This document shows, piece after piece, positions 39,601-49,967 of a stretch of DNA of 64,000 nucleotides. The position numbers and the translations under genes are program-made. Numbering within the stretch: position 1 is the first letter of the stretch; every line of letters starts with the position of its first letter. The notes under the pieces are model-generated. The model was not told the DNA's origin and did no database searches. It saw nothing but the letters and a program-made list of their open reading frames with translations. Location: contig CM075986.1 of assembly GCA_038087875.1 (NCBI GenBank), positions 7,874,001 through 7,938,000 of the forward strand, given 5' to 3'. Source of the DNA: Malacoraja senta (lineage: Eukaryota).

Positions 39601-41336
39601 CGTTAGTTAAATCGTCTTCATGGAACTAATTTGATGCTGTTTAATTCCAGGGATCGTGGGGGTCCAGGAAGGATCTATACAACAGGGAGCTTGTGATGTC
39701 AATCTTTGCAGCGGCCAACCGTAAGAGAAAGAAAAAGGAGGCAAAAGTGCTTGAAAGTAGCACAGATGATGATTCGGAGCATGAACCTATTAAGGCTATT
39801 AACAAAGAGAGATTATTAGACAAGAAGGAAACAGACAAAAAGAAGGATGTAGCAGGACAGAAAGAGAGGGAGCTGGGCATGAGCAGGAACAGAGGAGTGG
39901 AGCCAATTCACCAGTCCATTGTTCGTAAAGAAAGTCTGAAGAAAGCAGGAGGATCTAATCATTCAAACCAGCACTGCCATCAGCCATCTCAGTGGGAGAG
40001 CGAGGAAGCTAATGTGGACTCTTCATCTAAACCACATCTCAGCCCAACTTCAATTGGCACTGAGCATTCGCTCAAAGAAGGAACTGCCCTCAAACCTCTG
40101 GATACAGATAGAAGTAGAAAATGTACAGGTGATCCAACAACTAATACTGGTCCTCTGTGTAACAACAATAGTGAACTGTTTTCCAAAAGCTCCAAGCAGA
40201 AGATGTGGCACACACCTGAGATGGAGCACAGGGAGTTAATTCCCACCGATGCCAGCTCAATTGTTTCAGGATATTCCACCATTTCGTCCGTAATGACAAA
40301 CCTGGATCACCACTTCTGTTCTGAGGTGCAATCCATTGCAGAGAGTAGGGGCGATGAAGCTGATGATGAGAGAAGTGAGCTAATCAGCGAGTGTGGAGGT
40401 CAGATTGAAACGGACAATGAAAGTGGTTACCTCACACGCACGCTGCCAAGCAAGGCTTCCAGCTCGCAGCAGGAGAGAGGCAGGTTTTGTCGTCGTGAGT
40501 CAGATAGCAACACTAGCTCTGACAAAGAAGGAATTGCAACACAAAAGTTAAGCAGTATGCCATCTTTTAATTCTCACAGATTAATACAGTGCGACACTTT
40601 GGCTCGGAAGAAATTGACCAAACCAAAAGGAACAAATGAACTTGGCACCATGATCAATGAAGATAAAGAGCCTTCAGTGGTAACAAATCTGTTTGATAAT
40701 GCGAATCATCCCAATTCCACCAAAAAACACAGTTTCCTCAAGAGTGACTCGAACAAAGAAGACCCGACAAAAGCAGCAAAACGCATACTGGCTGATCAAA
40801 CAAAAGTTCGACTCAAAACCTCGGCAGATGATATGTTTGGCGTAGGGCTGAGAAAACAGAGTTCTCCAGAGACGCGTAGAAAGAAGAACATTAGAAGGAG
40901 ACACACAGTGGTGGTACAGAATGATTTATCAGAGTTTCACTTCAGAGAATGGAAAGAAAACCAACTGGAAAGCAAGGACAGCAGCTACAAAGGGGGCAAA
41001 GCATCTAACATGATCCAGTTAAAGCATAAAGTTGATTCTTGGGAGACGTCAGATTCAGGAGGAAAAATACAGCCGGATTTAGAATCTAAACCCAACGAAC
41101 TATCCAGACCGGGTGACCCAGATCCACAGTATTGTTCCAGTCATCTAAGTGGGAATCTTCAACCTGAACAGCCAGCATTCAATAACAAGAACTTGAGCAG
41201 CAATACAACCTCGTCTTCCCTGCCAGCTAGCTCGGCAGTAGGTCCATGTAGAGACAGTGACTCAAATTCATCCAAGTCCACAGGAATAAAGGCTCAGAAA
41301 CATCCGACCTCTTCTCGATTCCATCAGTACCTTTGA
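558..41336 (+). CDS. ARHGAP23: Rho GTPase-activating protein 23, spliced 3' portion (PH + RhoGAP + C-terminal tail); the gene starts upstream of the window
   Basis: 15 exons with AG/GT borders join in frame. Motifs that match ARHGAP23 better than its paralog ARHGAP21 (from recall): [83 protein letters not shown]. Confidence 0.92.
1470..1866 (+). mobile_element. Rex1/Babar-like LINE, RT C-terminal fragment
   Basis: ELIVDFRR...FKFLG...[13 protein letters not shown]...ESVLT...[13 protein letters not shown]...LPSIDELY. Confidence 0.8.
2316..2453 (+). CDS. ARHGAP23: ARHGAP23 exon (138 nt), start of PH domain: [46 protein letters not shown]
   Basis: tttag|TCC...AAG|gtaaga; KEGWL PH strand 1. Confidence 0.93.
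5085..5384 (+). CDS. ARHGAP23: ARHGAP23 exon (300 nt), PH domain core
   Basis: acag|AGG...GAG|gtaagc; [15 protein letters not shown]...[39 protein letters not shown]. Confidence 0.95.
6378..6430 (+). CDS. ARHGAP23: ARHGAP23 exon (53 nt) [17 protein letters not shown], post-PH helix
   Basis: ttag|GAC...AG|gtaatg; phases 0/2 fit both neighbours; similar to LISKKLNDYRK. Confidence 0.85.
7381..7540 (+). mobile_element. V-SINE 5' half
   Basis: tRNA-like head plus V core. Confidence 0.75.
8237..8331 (+). CDS. ARHGAP23: ARHGAP23 exon (95 nt) [31 protein letters not shown]
   Basis: ttgcag|C...G|gtgaat; DSSPKGSR motif. Confidence 0.88.
8718..8950 (+). mobile_element. CR1 3' fragment
   Basis: [22 protein letters not shown]..; related copies at 32115-32245 and 57260-57425. 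Confidence 0.8.
10389..10694 (-). mobile_element. tRNA-derived V-SINE (HE1-like), near full length
   Basis: Pol III A/B-box head, V core GGTTTCCTCCCACA, (TAAAC)n tail. Confidence 0.85.
10860..11250 (+). mobile_element. Older CR1 3' fragment
   Basis: Degenerate ..[19 protein letters not shown]. Confidence 0.7.
12361..12485 (+). CDS. ARHGAP23: ARHGAP23 exon (125 nt), start of RhoGAP domain ..[17 protein letters not shown]
   Basis: ttccag|AT...AAG|gtact. Confidence 0.92.
12903..13058 (+). CDS. ARHGAP23: ARHGAP23 exon (156 nt) with the arginine finger (GIYRVPG)
   Basis: ttcag|TTT...GAA|gtaagc; [37 protein letters not shown]. Confidence 0.95.
13273..13460. other. Assembly gap
   Basis: N run. 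Confidence 1.
13472..15123 (+). mobile_element. Full-length (1652 bp) Tc1-family IR/DR DNA transposon, inactivated
   Basis: TA|CAGTGCCCTC...GAGGGCACTG|TA. TIRs of ~225 bp (13472-~13696, ~14898-15123) carry the internal direct repeat CCATAATGTTTGGG. Transposase remnants: HTH (GLPKSTV), [30 protein letters not shown]. Confidence 0.95.
13832..14866 (+). pseudogene. Tc1 DD34E-type transposase pseudogene
   Basis: ATG at 13832, premature TAA at 13865, several frameshifts (ORF pieces at 13874, 14149, 14211, 14678). The first catalytic D appears mutated (WTVETK for WTDETK). Confidence 0.9.
15410..15488 (+). CDS. ARHGAP23: ARHGAP23 exon (79 nt) [26 protein letters not shown]
   Basis: cgcag|AAA...G|gtgagt. 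Confidence 0.95.
16719..16792 (+). CDS. ARHGAP23: ARHGAP23 exon (74 nt) [25 protein letters not shown]
   Basis: tacag|AT...CTG|gtaaat. Confidence 0.93.
17088..18402 (+). mobile_element. CR1 LINE, 5'-truncated and young, with an internal deletion at ~17877
   Basis: RT motifs [38 protein letters not shown]; 3' tail CTATTGTCTATTG. Confidence 0.93.
18917..19006 (+). CDS. ARHGAP23: ARHGAP23 exon (90 nt) [30 protein letters not shown]
   Basis: ttcag|CTT...AAG|gtgctc. Confidence 0.94.
19255..19625 (+). mobile_element. Rex1-like LINE 3' end (related ends at 26395-26515 and 36280-36655; minus strand at 13165-13272 and 20593-20860)
   Basis: LPSGKR.RSLK...RF.NSFFP-type coding remnant; 3' ..GCTTTTCACTGTACCTCGGTACAC..CAATAAA. 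Confidence 0.6.
19955..20205 (-). mobile_element. V-SINE
   Basis: Same family as 10389. Confidence 0.75.
20970..21095 (+). CDS. ARHGAP23: ARHGAP23 exon (126 nt) [42 protein letters not shown]
   Basis: catag|ATG...CAT|gtacgt; RhoGAP MxxxNLAxVFGPTL motif. Confidence 0.96.
21405..21465 (-). mobile_element. L2-type LINE/SINE 3' tail inserted in a decayed CR1
   Basis: Minus strand TGTAAAGCGACTTTGAGTCCTTGAAAAGCGCTATATAAATAAAATG(TAT)n. Confidence 0.65.
22837..22878 (+). CDS. ARHGAP23: ARHGAP23 exon (42 nt) [14 protein letters not shown]
   Basis: ttttag|TAT...AAA|gtaagt. Confidence 0.9.
23740..24792 (-). mobile_element. CR1 LINE, 5'-truncated, same young subfamily as 17088-18402
   Basis: [30 protein letters not shown]; near-identical by eye to 17436-18402 in reverse complement. 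Confidence 0.93.
25116..25221 (+). CDS. ARHGAP23: ARHGAP23 exon (106 nt) [35 protein letters not shown]
   Basis: tatag|GCT...G|gtaaca; VPNIxxLLxNIGRT motif shared by ARHGAP21/23. Confidence 0.92.
28330..29000 (-). mobile_element. Decayed CR1 3' fragments (similar at 15600-15880, 37680-38080, 59690-59930)
   Basis: Reverse complement of CR1 3' ORF/UTR motifs, e.g. [12 protein letters not shown]. Confidence 0.6.
33140..34200 (+). mobile_element. Old decayed CR1 RT/3' region, interrupted by a Penelope-terminus fragment at ~33660-33735
   Basis: Remnants of [27 protein letters not shown]. Confidence 0.7.
35424..35455 (+). CDS. ARHGAP23: ARHGAP23 small exon (32 nt) [11 protein letters not shown]
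   Basis: ttgcag|AT...AAG|gtaagg; phases 1/0 bridge the flanking exons. Confidence 0.9.
38416..39170 (+). mobile_element. Non-autonomous Helitron (755 bp)
   Basis: A|TC...CTAG|T termini with no TSD; 7-bp GC hairpin CAGACCC-AAC-GGGTCTG (39142-39158) ending 8 nt before the terminal CTAG. Confidence 0.8.
39651..41336 (+). CDS. ARHGAP23: ARHGAP23 terminal coding exon (GSWGSRKD...RFHQYL*)
   Basis: ttccag|GGA; contains the 547-aa ORF 39693-41336; motifs [45 protein letters not shown]. Confidence 0.94.
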   Translation, partial: GSWGSRKDLYNRELVMSIFAAANRKRKKKEAKVLESSTDDDSEHEPIKAINKERLLDKKETDKKKDVAGQKERELGMSRNRGVEPIHQSIVRKESLKKAGGSNHSNQHCHQPSQWESEEANVDSSSKPHLSPTSIGTEHSLKEGTALKPLDTDRSRKCTGDPTTNTGPLCNNNSELFSKSSKQKMWHTPEMEHRELIPTDASSIVSGYSTISSVMTNLDHHFCSEVQSIAESRGDEADDERSELISECGGQIETDNESGYLTRTLPSKASSSQQERGRFCRRESDSNTSSDKEGIATQKLSSMPSFNSHRLIQCDTLARKKLTKPKGTNELGTMINEDKEPSVVTNLFDNANHPNSTKKHSFLKSDSNKEDPTKAAKRILADQTKVRLKTSADDMFGVGLRKQSSPETRRKKNIRRRHTVVVQNDLSEFHFREWKENQLESKDSSYKGGKASNMIQLKHKVDSWETSDSGGKIQPDLESKPNELSRPGDPDPQYCSSHLSGNLQPEQPAFNNKNLSSNTTSSSLPASSAVGPCRDSDSNSSKSTGIKAQKHPTSSRFHQYL

Positions 41337-44300
41337 TGGAAATTGTTTAGAGCTAAAACATTCAGGAGCTAGGCCAACATAAGGGGGTATATTTCCTCCC
41401 CACTCCCCTCGGTAACAGGTTGGAAAACTCCCGATCATTGGAGCCAAAAAACTCAATTTTTAAAAATGTTTACCAATAGAATCCTGAAGCCCCACCATTG
41501 ATGACTTTTTTAAACACTTTTTTTAATCAATTTCCCTTCACTTAACTATCTTCGTTTTATAGAAAATTGAAAGATACTGCTGCATTGTATTTTTGGAAAT
41601 CTTATTTGTTTCTCGTAAGGGATTAAGCTAGATGGACATTAAGAGACATACTTGGATTCTTTAATGAAAATCAAATTAATTGCTTGGAAATAACATTTGA
41701 AACAAAATTACCAAAACCATTTAGACTTTGAATTCTATGCAGATTTGACCAACTTTCCATCGAAGTTCCACAGATGTAGACAAATCCTTGGAAAATGGTC
41801 TTTTAGGTCACTTAATGGTTTCTCTCCAAATTCCATTGGCTTCTCACAACAGATAGAGTGAGATATCTGTTGATCTGTTGAAATCTCCACAATTAGCATT
41901 TATCCCAGGAAATGTGGACTTTTAAATTTGAAATTTCCTTCCCTAGAAATGCAAACTCAAATCAGAATAAGCTTGGAATATAAGGTCTCAGCATTTGAAA
42001 AATATAGACTGAATATTGTTCTGTGAAGGATCTGTCCCCAAATGATTTTTCCCTTTACATTGTGGATGCATCAAGTGTATTTGGAGCATTTTATGTTCAT
42101 TACATTGGATCTATAATGGCACAGGACCGGTCAGAGTGGATGTGGGCTAAAGGGAATGATTTAAAAGGGCTGTAAATAGTCAGTGTACGGTGTAGTCACA
42201 GAATTCAAAAGACTTTAACTACTAATATGCCGTTGTGGTTAGAGGTTGTCATAAGAGTAACTAGCGTTGAAATTGCTTTGCTAACCTTCCATGTTTTGGT
42301 GCAGTTTAACTCAGTTAGTTGAACCTTGGTGCCGCAACTTATAACGATCAACATCATTTCTTTCCAACCCTGTTTGCTCGGAGAACGTGTTGCTCCCAGT
42401 TTCAGTTGCTCAAAAGAAAGGGAAGGATTTGTGATAGATGGAGCACTTAAACTCTCATATATTTAGGAAAACATTCAAAATACTATGCACGTGCCTTTAG
42501 GTACAGCAGCAAGGTGTTGCCTCATGATGAATCTTCATTACTTTCACTTCCAATTCCTTATGTTGTTCATTCGAGTCGATATTGTTCCTTACTGGCTACT
42601 TACTGCCACTGCAATTAAAACCTGGCACACGGGGCAAATTCAACAAAATTCCATTTTACTGGAGTTTTATTTTTGAGACAATGTGATCATTGTGTTTTAA
42701 ATGTGTTTTATGTTTGCCTCTTGTCCTCCTTGGATTTTATTTAATTATAAGTGAGCACAGGTGACTTGCCTTTCTTCTTCCCGTCCCCCACACTCTCACA
42801 TCAGTCTGAGGCGGGTTCTCGACCCGAAGCGTCGCCTATTTCCTTCACTCCAGAGATGCTGCCTCGCCCGCTGAGTTTCTCCAGCATTTTTGTCTCCCTG
42901 CTTCTTAGCTCTATGCTGTTATGTCAACATCTGCTGAAGAACAAGAATAGCCAGGGTATTTTAGTAGTATTAGGAGTTAACCCTGACTGCAGAGCTCCTG
43001 TGTTCAATGGCCCTTGTGATACCGAAGATTGGAGTTTAATTCTTGTGATGTCTACGTAGTCCTAATTTTGAGAGAATGCTGATTAAAAGAGCAGTCTTTT
43101 TAATTGGCTTTGATCTCTTGCTTCTCATATCTCGCCAAACAGCTTGGAAATGAATCTAAATACAAGATATTAGCCGTCAGTTAATAAGTTGTGTGACTGT
43201 CATCAGGGTGGCATCTCAACAGCCATTGATTTCAGTGTCTTAAGGTAAAAGATAGCATGATGCAGGTGGCTTACAGCCTGCACTGAGAATATCCTCCCAG
43301 CTTCTCTTCCTCCACTGCCACAACTTCACTGGAACTGAAGGGGAAATCCTGCGTGTGTATTTAAATATTGGATTTGCTGCACTCAGCTTGACAATGGTGA
43401 AACTGGAACACTGTGGAGGAAACAGAACTAAAATGCTGGAAATACTCAGCAGGTCAGGCAGCATCTGATGCAGCCTAACCAGAGCATTTCCAGCATTTTG
43501 TGTTTACTGCAGAGGTGAGGTTCAAGACGGTTGAAGCTTCCTTTGACCATCAGAATGTGCTGTTTCTTGCTCGTTGTTTCCAGATCTAGTTGTTGAAATA
43601 TTAGTCTGCATTAAATGTTTACTACCAGATGAGAGTAAATTGAAACTTTCATTTTTCCCTAGATGATTAAAGATCTTTATCTGGTCATAAATAATTCTGT
43701 TAATTGCATATTAGCTTCCTGCTGTTTAACAACAGATTTAATTATTAAGAAACCAGTTTATAAAAAGGATAAATCTAAAAAAAGTAGTTATACTTTACTA
43801 CAACTAATGCACTAATCACTAAAGTATTTATGTTTTGTACTTATTAACAGAAAGATTAGATACCCAAACTAACAAGTTAAGATTTGTTTTATTTAATTAA
43901 GATGTCTTTTGGGAGCACCATCTTTGTGTCAAAATTGGTGAAGGGTGAGTCTGGAGAATTATAAATCAGTTTTATCAAGAGGAATGTAGAACCCGTAGAA
44001 GTGCTGATGGATTTTGATGGAATTTAATGCACTAGCACAGTGGTAGAAATACATTTTACTATCTTTACCAGGCAGAACATGGATTTATAATGGCTGTATT
44101 TTAAAAATGTAACGTGAAATGGAACTCCGTTTTCATTTTAATCACAAGGATATATATTATGGTAGCACTTGGTGTCCAACATGACTACATTCATGGAGAA
44201 TAGTTGTTTTACTCAGTTCAACCCATTCTGCATCCAATATGTATTGCCACAACAAATATATCAACACAAGGTCTTATGGCATTTGTTTAGCTGGCTGAGG

Positions 44301-47300
44301 CAATGACAAAATATCCACTTTGAACCTTGTCTTTGCTGAATTAACAGATTTCAACCAGATCATGTTTCTCTGTAATGACCAGAAAGAATATCTGCTTTCC
44401 ATGGAACAAACTAAACACATGGGAGGGAGACAAAGTCAGGTGGAGGGTTATAGGATTGATGAGGGTTCAGGTGAGACATTGAGAAATTGTCATTATTCTC
44501 AGTGGAGCATATTAAAAATAATTTTGGGACACTTTATTTGCCTTTAATTTCTTGTCCATTATTTTCAGCCCCACCCAGCAAAAGTAGGCAATTTCTGTAA
44601 CTGCGAACCAGTGTTTTATTATTTTATTCAACCCTGAAAAGAACTTGCATTTCCTCACCTGTAACCCAACCTCTTCACTCCGAGTGCAACATCCAGTTGT
44701 TTCTTAATAATTCAGTTCATTATGTTCACCTGAATCAGAAGGATGTGTAACCCCCACAGAAATACATGAACAGACAATAAGGGAGACACAAGTGCCACAT
44801 TGATGAGAATACTTTCTTTGCAATTGGGGGAGGGGGGGGGGAGAGGAGGAGACAGGAGACAGGACTGGAGGTAGGAAAGGGCTGAACAAATCATTCACTT
44901 TTGTAATACTCAGATTAGGAAAAATAAACGTCTGTTTCTTAAAAATCCATGAATGTAAAGTCATAATTTATGGTCAGAACCCATTGAAAACATGGTTATG
45001 AACCAGAGCCCTGATTGCTAAATTAATATTTTACTGCCAGAAGGAATAATCATTCCAGAATACAATTTTCTTCATACTTCTATTTAAAAAGATTTACTCT
45101 TTAAAAACTGCACTTGAAGATTCATTCACTCACAGTTACAGCAAAGGATAGGTTTAGCTCTTCTCTGTAGAGCATGGTATCATATCTAGATATTGTTTCA
45201 TGAGTTTCTGTACACGACCACAAACTGAAGGACTAGGTGAGGGTTGTTGAGAGGCGAAAGAGACATGCTATTTACTTAGATGTTTAAAAAAAAGTACGAC
45301 TGCACTCCTTTGGCATTCTCTTTAAAGTTAATATATTGTACAAAGATCAGATAGTAATAAAACTTTCTGGTACATAGAGTGTTGTAGTTTATATATGTTA
45401 GCCAATACCTGCTTCTAATTACATACAGCATCGTCAGTTTGCTAATAATTAATTCTAATATGAGCATCTTTTCTAACTTCCCCATTTTAAAAACTTTCAT
45501 ATAAAACCCCAGTGAGGATGGAAATTGCAGCTCATGTTCCACATGTTTTGTGTAGGTTGGTTATCCTCGTGATTTTGACCTTTAATGTCAAGCCTTTCCC
45601 CCTTTTAATGGCCACCTGAATCTGTTGTGTGCTGTTACTTATTTAACGGAAGATAATGAATCTAAATTCATAGTGACATCTTTGTAGACAATGCTAAAGG
45701 CAGTTAGCTGGGGAGAGAATACAAGCACTGACTGGCTCCTGATGTTTTTGTTTTATTGATGCATTTGTGGCTATATGATTTTCTATGGTTTTGTATTAAA
45801 AAATTGAGCATTTAATCTTGTTTTGTGTGTGTACATATAAATATATATAATATATTTGTGTTGCATTGTTTACATTCGTGCTTCTGTGCACATTTTTTTG
45901 TTTCCACTGTTACTTGAATTTTTAATTTTCGATACTTTTGCTCCTCAGCTTGCTCAGGTCGAATTAAAAACTCGGTAACATGCTAATCCTTAAAAAATGC
46001 ATTTAAGAACTTGTTTAACCAGAGCCAGCGACTGCACATGCAGGACCTCCACGATTCTGCTATAAAAAAAATGTAGTCACCAATATAAGGTATGGGAAAG
46101 GTCACAACATCGCACTCAAATTATTTTTGAAGATTATGAAATAAGAAAATACTGAATGGTAAACCATGTTTTGGAAGTGTTGTTCAATGTTAATTTTACA
46201 AGTGAGTTCTCAGGATTTTGCTAAATAATTAATCTTTAAACCCAGTTAAACTGCTATTTTAACACCTATGTGCAAAAAGACTTAATTATTATGATTCCTT
46301 CTTGTCCCCCACAATAATGGAAAATACCTGTGATTTCTTTTCAACTTTAAAATGTAACCTGAAATCGCTGTACTGAGGGCCACAGTTCCTTCTCAACCGT
46401 GGGGTGCACAAGGAAGCATTCTGTGGCTTGTTTGTGTGGCAATTTCTTGAGGTTTAGATCATGAGCAGCAATAGCTTTTTAGTTTTGAATCTGTATAGTC
46501 AAGTGTGATTCATTGCGGTAGAAACGTGGCTTTTCAGTAAGGATCACATCTCTAACCAGTGGCGTCAGGTATAAGAACGCCCTGCTGATCCATTGTTCTA
46601 GCTGTTAAGACCAAGGTTTTTCTAAAACTACCACGGTTTGCCAAAAATTATCTTAACAAAACATGACTATTTCTTACTCATATTATTTGTAAATCTTTGC
46701 AAATTTTTTAGTGGTTTGTGAAAATATTTTCTTCATCATGTCTCTGAAATTGATTGTTACACACAGTGTGCAAATGCACCTTAAAACAAGGCAAGTAGTT
46801 TAACAGTTTTGGATTATTGTTGACCACAATTGTATTTAGACAATTTTACCTTTTCATGTAAAATGCCTCTTTTTTTGCAAGTTTTTTCACATCTCGATTC
46901 CGGACTGCTCTGGAATTTATGTTAATATAACTTTTAACTTTTTTTTAATTTAACACAAATCTTGCCTAGTTATAAACCTGTTTTGTTTTGTATATACTGT
47001 ATTTCATGTTGTTTTTCCCAACGTTTGCTGGAAAGGTTGAGAGAGAGGTGTGTGGGCTATATTTGCTGTGTTGTGCATCTTGCCAGTGCCTGGCAGCTGC
47101 TCTCTGGCCTTTTCCTGGCTCAGCTGGAATATTCCAAAACCTGATGCCTAACGTAAAGCCCTCACTTCTGAGCATCTTGGTTAAGCTTGGGGAGGGGTTG
47201 TGGGATGACCACAAGTAGTTCAGACTGACAACAGTGGCGGGGGGGGGGGGGGGGAATTTCAGTATCAACAGCCCATGCTGTGGATAAAGAAAAAACATGC

Positions 47301-47845
47301 GACACTGTCAGAGATCAATTGTACCACTTCAAGACAATTAGTAAGACACGATGTCTGACTGAGATGTTATATGCCCCACTTTTCCAGCGTTCTTTATTAT
47401 TTGTGTTCTGTTGCTGTTTACCTGCAGTATTGAGAGAGATTGTTTGGCGAACAAGCATTTCAGTGCTTCCATTTTAATACAAAAAATCAGGCATTCCAAT
47501 GGAGCTTTGGACAATGCTGTCAACATGACCTCCTTCCAATTTACAGTGCTCTGTTTATGAAATTACTCAAATTTGCTGTAAAGTTAACTGCTTATTTTGT
47601 AAATATGTTGAAGTATCATCTCTGACAAAAGCTGTGTAACATAGATATATAAATAGTGTTTAATTAAAACAAGTTTCTTTATGCCTCTGCCAATAGGCTG
47701 TAAAAGAACATTGTGATATTGTTAAATTCTGCATGAACTTCTGGAGTCTACAACTGCAAATGTACATGCAAACCGCCATGCTTTAAATAATGCACCATCC
47801 TATTTTATAATAATGAAAATAAACTGATGTCCCCTCCAGTAAAAC
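41337..47845 (+). other. ARHGAP23: Probable long 3' UTR of ARHGAP23
   Basis: Repeat-poor AT-rich sequence after the stop, U-rich blocks at 45700-47800, AATAAA at 47818-47823. Confidence 0.5.
47818..47823 (+). terminator. Candidate polyadenylation signal AATAAA
   Basis: At the end of the UTR-like region, followed by U-rich sequence. Confidence 0.45.
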
Positions 47846-48731
47846 TAGTTTCCCATGTATTTTATTCTTACTTGAGTATTGCTGCCTATAGGGTCAAAAC
47901 TGTTATTCTAGGCACATAACACATCTACTAGCTGTAATTGTTGTGGTACAGGCCAGTTAGAATTTAACTGAAGAATTATTCACTGTGTTTCCGATGATTG
48001 TGCCGTGACTCGTACTTGGGAGGAGCTGAGGCTACTTGTTTGGCCCAGCGTCTTGGGAGGGCTTTGCACAGTTATGAATGTATTCTTTGAGGCTGGAGGG
48101 TAGCTGTTACTTTGTGCCGCTAACTTCCAGAGTAAGGCTTAAATAGTGGGTCACAATCCACTGAGCATTTTCTCAATTTAAGTCGAGGCCAAATGCAACC
48201 TGATACAGAAACAAGGAACTGCAGATGCTGGTTTACAAAAAAAGACACAAAGTGTTGGAGTAAATCATTGGGTCAGGCAGCGTCCCTGGAGGACATAGAT
48301 AGGTGATTTTTGGGCTCTGGACCATTCTTAAACTTGTGGCTCATTTGTTCATGTCAGGACAATAATGCAATTTGCCACAAACAGGCAAGTATAGTTTTTC
48401 TCTTAGCCAGCAACGTGACATCCAAATGCCACCTCCCCCCTAAAATGCTTGCAAGTGGTTAAAGTTGGATTTGGTATTGCAATTAAATTAAGGTTTACTA
48501 ATTAGATTCGGGTCCCAGTGCACCATTGGAGAAAGACCATAGGGTTCATTGCATTTCTATTGTGCCCATTAACATACCGAGATATCATTCATTCAGTTGA
48601 AATTGGGTGAGACAGCATCAGTTACTTGGCAAAATGTGTTGAGACTGTAGTGCCTTTGGCAGGGGCTCCTGAAAGAGATACAAATGCTTTATAGCCAACA
48701 AGGCTTTATATTATAGATTTATATTAATTTA

Positions 48732-49967
48732 CTAGACTAAGTGGGAGGGCTGGTCCCCCAACGCAATATTCCACCTCTCCACCAATTCCAATATTGGTGG
48801 CCGGGGAGGGGGGCTTTCTGGAGCGCTAGTATGGGTGTTGTGGGCTGAAGGGACTGGTTTCCAGAGGGCTAGTATGGACATTGTGGGCCGAATGGATTCT
48901 TGGGCTGGCGGCTCACTCGCTCATGGCTGGTGGGCTGGCAGTTGACTCACGGCTATTCCTTGAAATTCCATTTCAAGCAGGGTGCAAGGCCACCAAATTC
49001 AAGTGCAGTTTCTTACCACTTCAAGCAGGGTGCAAGGCCACCAAATTCAAGTGCAGTTTCATACCATTTCAAGCAGGGTGCAAGGCCACTAAAGACAGCG
49101 AGTCATGACCTCCCTCCTCCATCTTGCAGAGACTGAGCCACGCCCACACTTCTGGGTTTTATAGTCCCTCCCTCCCACCAGAAGGGGCGTGGCTGACAGG
49201 AGAGAGAATCTCAACATTTTTACAACACTAATAACTCTTTTATTTTTCATCGATGGGAAAAATCCTCGGCATTTGATGAGCGGAGGGGGACTCTGAGTAA
49301 GATGGCCAAAAATCACAGCCGTCCGTGGTAGCGTTTTTTCTAAAATCATTATAAAGCGCAAACAGGAAGTGGTCCAGATTAGACTTTTAATTAGGCAAGG
49401 CAACTTTAATTAGGCAAGGCAACGTTAATTAGGCAAGGCAATGTTAATTAGGAAAGGCAACGTTAATTAGGCAAGGTAACTTTAATTAGGCAACACAGCT
49501 TACGCATTTCCAAACCAAAGGCAACACAGCTTTAGCATTTCCAAACCAAAGGCAACACAGCTTTAACATTTCCAAACTATATTTTCAAACCACATTAAGG
49601 GCACTGACAGGTCAGTAAAACCACTCACAGTTTAGTAGACATATATTCAGTGTTATTCACAGTTCAGACAGAGACATGACCCTCTCGCTCCCCCATCTTG
49701 CAGAGACTGACTGAGGCACTCAACACTTCCAGGTTTTATGGTCCCTCCGTAAGGGGCGTGGCCTTCAGGAGAGAGAATCTCAACCTTTTTTAAACACTAT
49801 TAACTCTTTTATTTTTCATCGATGGGAAAAATCCTCTTGTCCTGCGCAGCAGAGGGGGACTCTGAGTAAGATGGCCAAAATCACAGCTGTAGGTGGCAGA
49901 GTTTTTTCTAAAATCAATATATAGAACAACAGGAAGTGGTCAAGATCAGACTTTTAGTAATATAAGA
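48732..49967 (-). mobile_element. Non-autonomous Helitron (1236 bp) with internal tandem repeats
   Basis: Minus strand A|TCTTATATTACTAAAAGTCTG...CACTTAGTCTAG|T; both ends resemble the 38416 element; the 3' hairpin is degenerate. Confidence 0.7.

Noticed and set aside
558-41336. Calling the gene ARHGAP21
   Set aside because: Some residues are ARHGAP21-like (SPPKDK, PNIDHLL), but most diagnostic motifs, the C-terminus and the SRCIN1 neighbour favour ARHGAP23.
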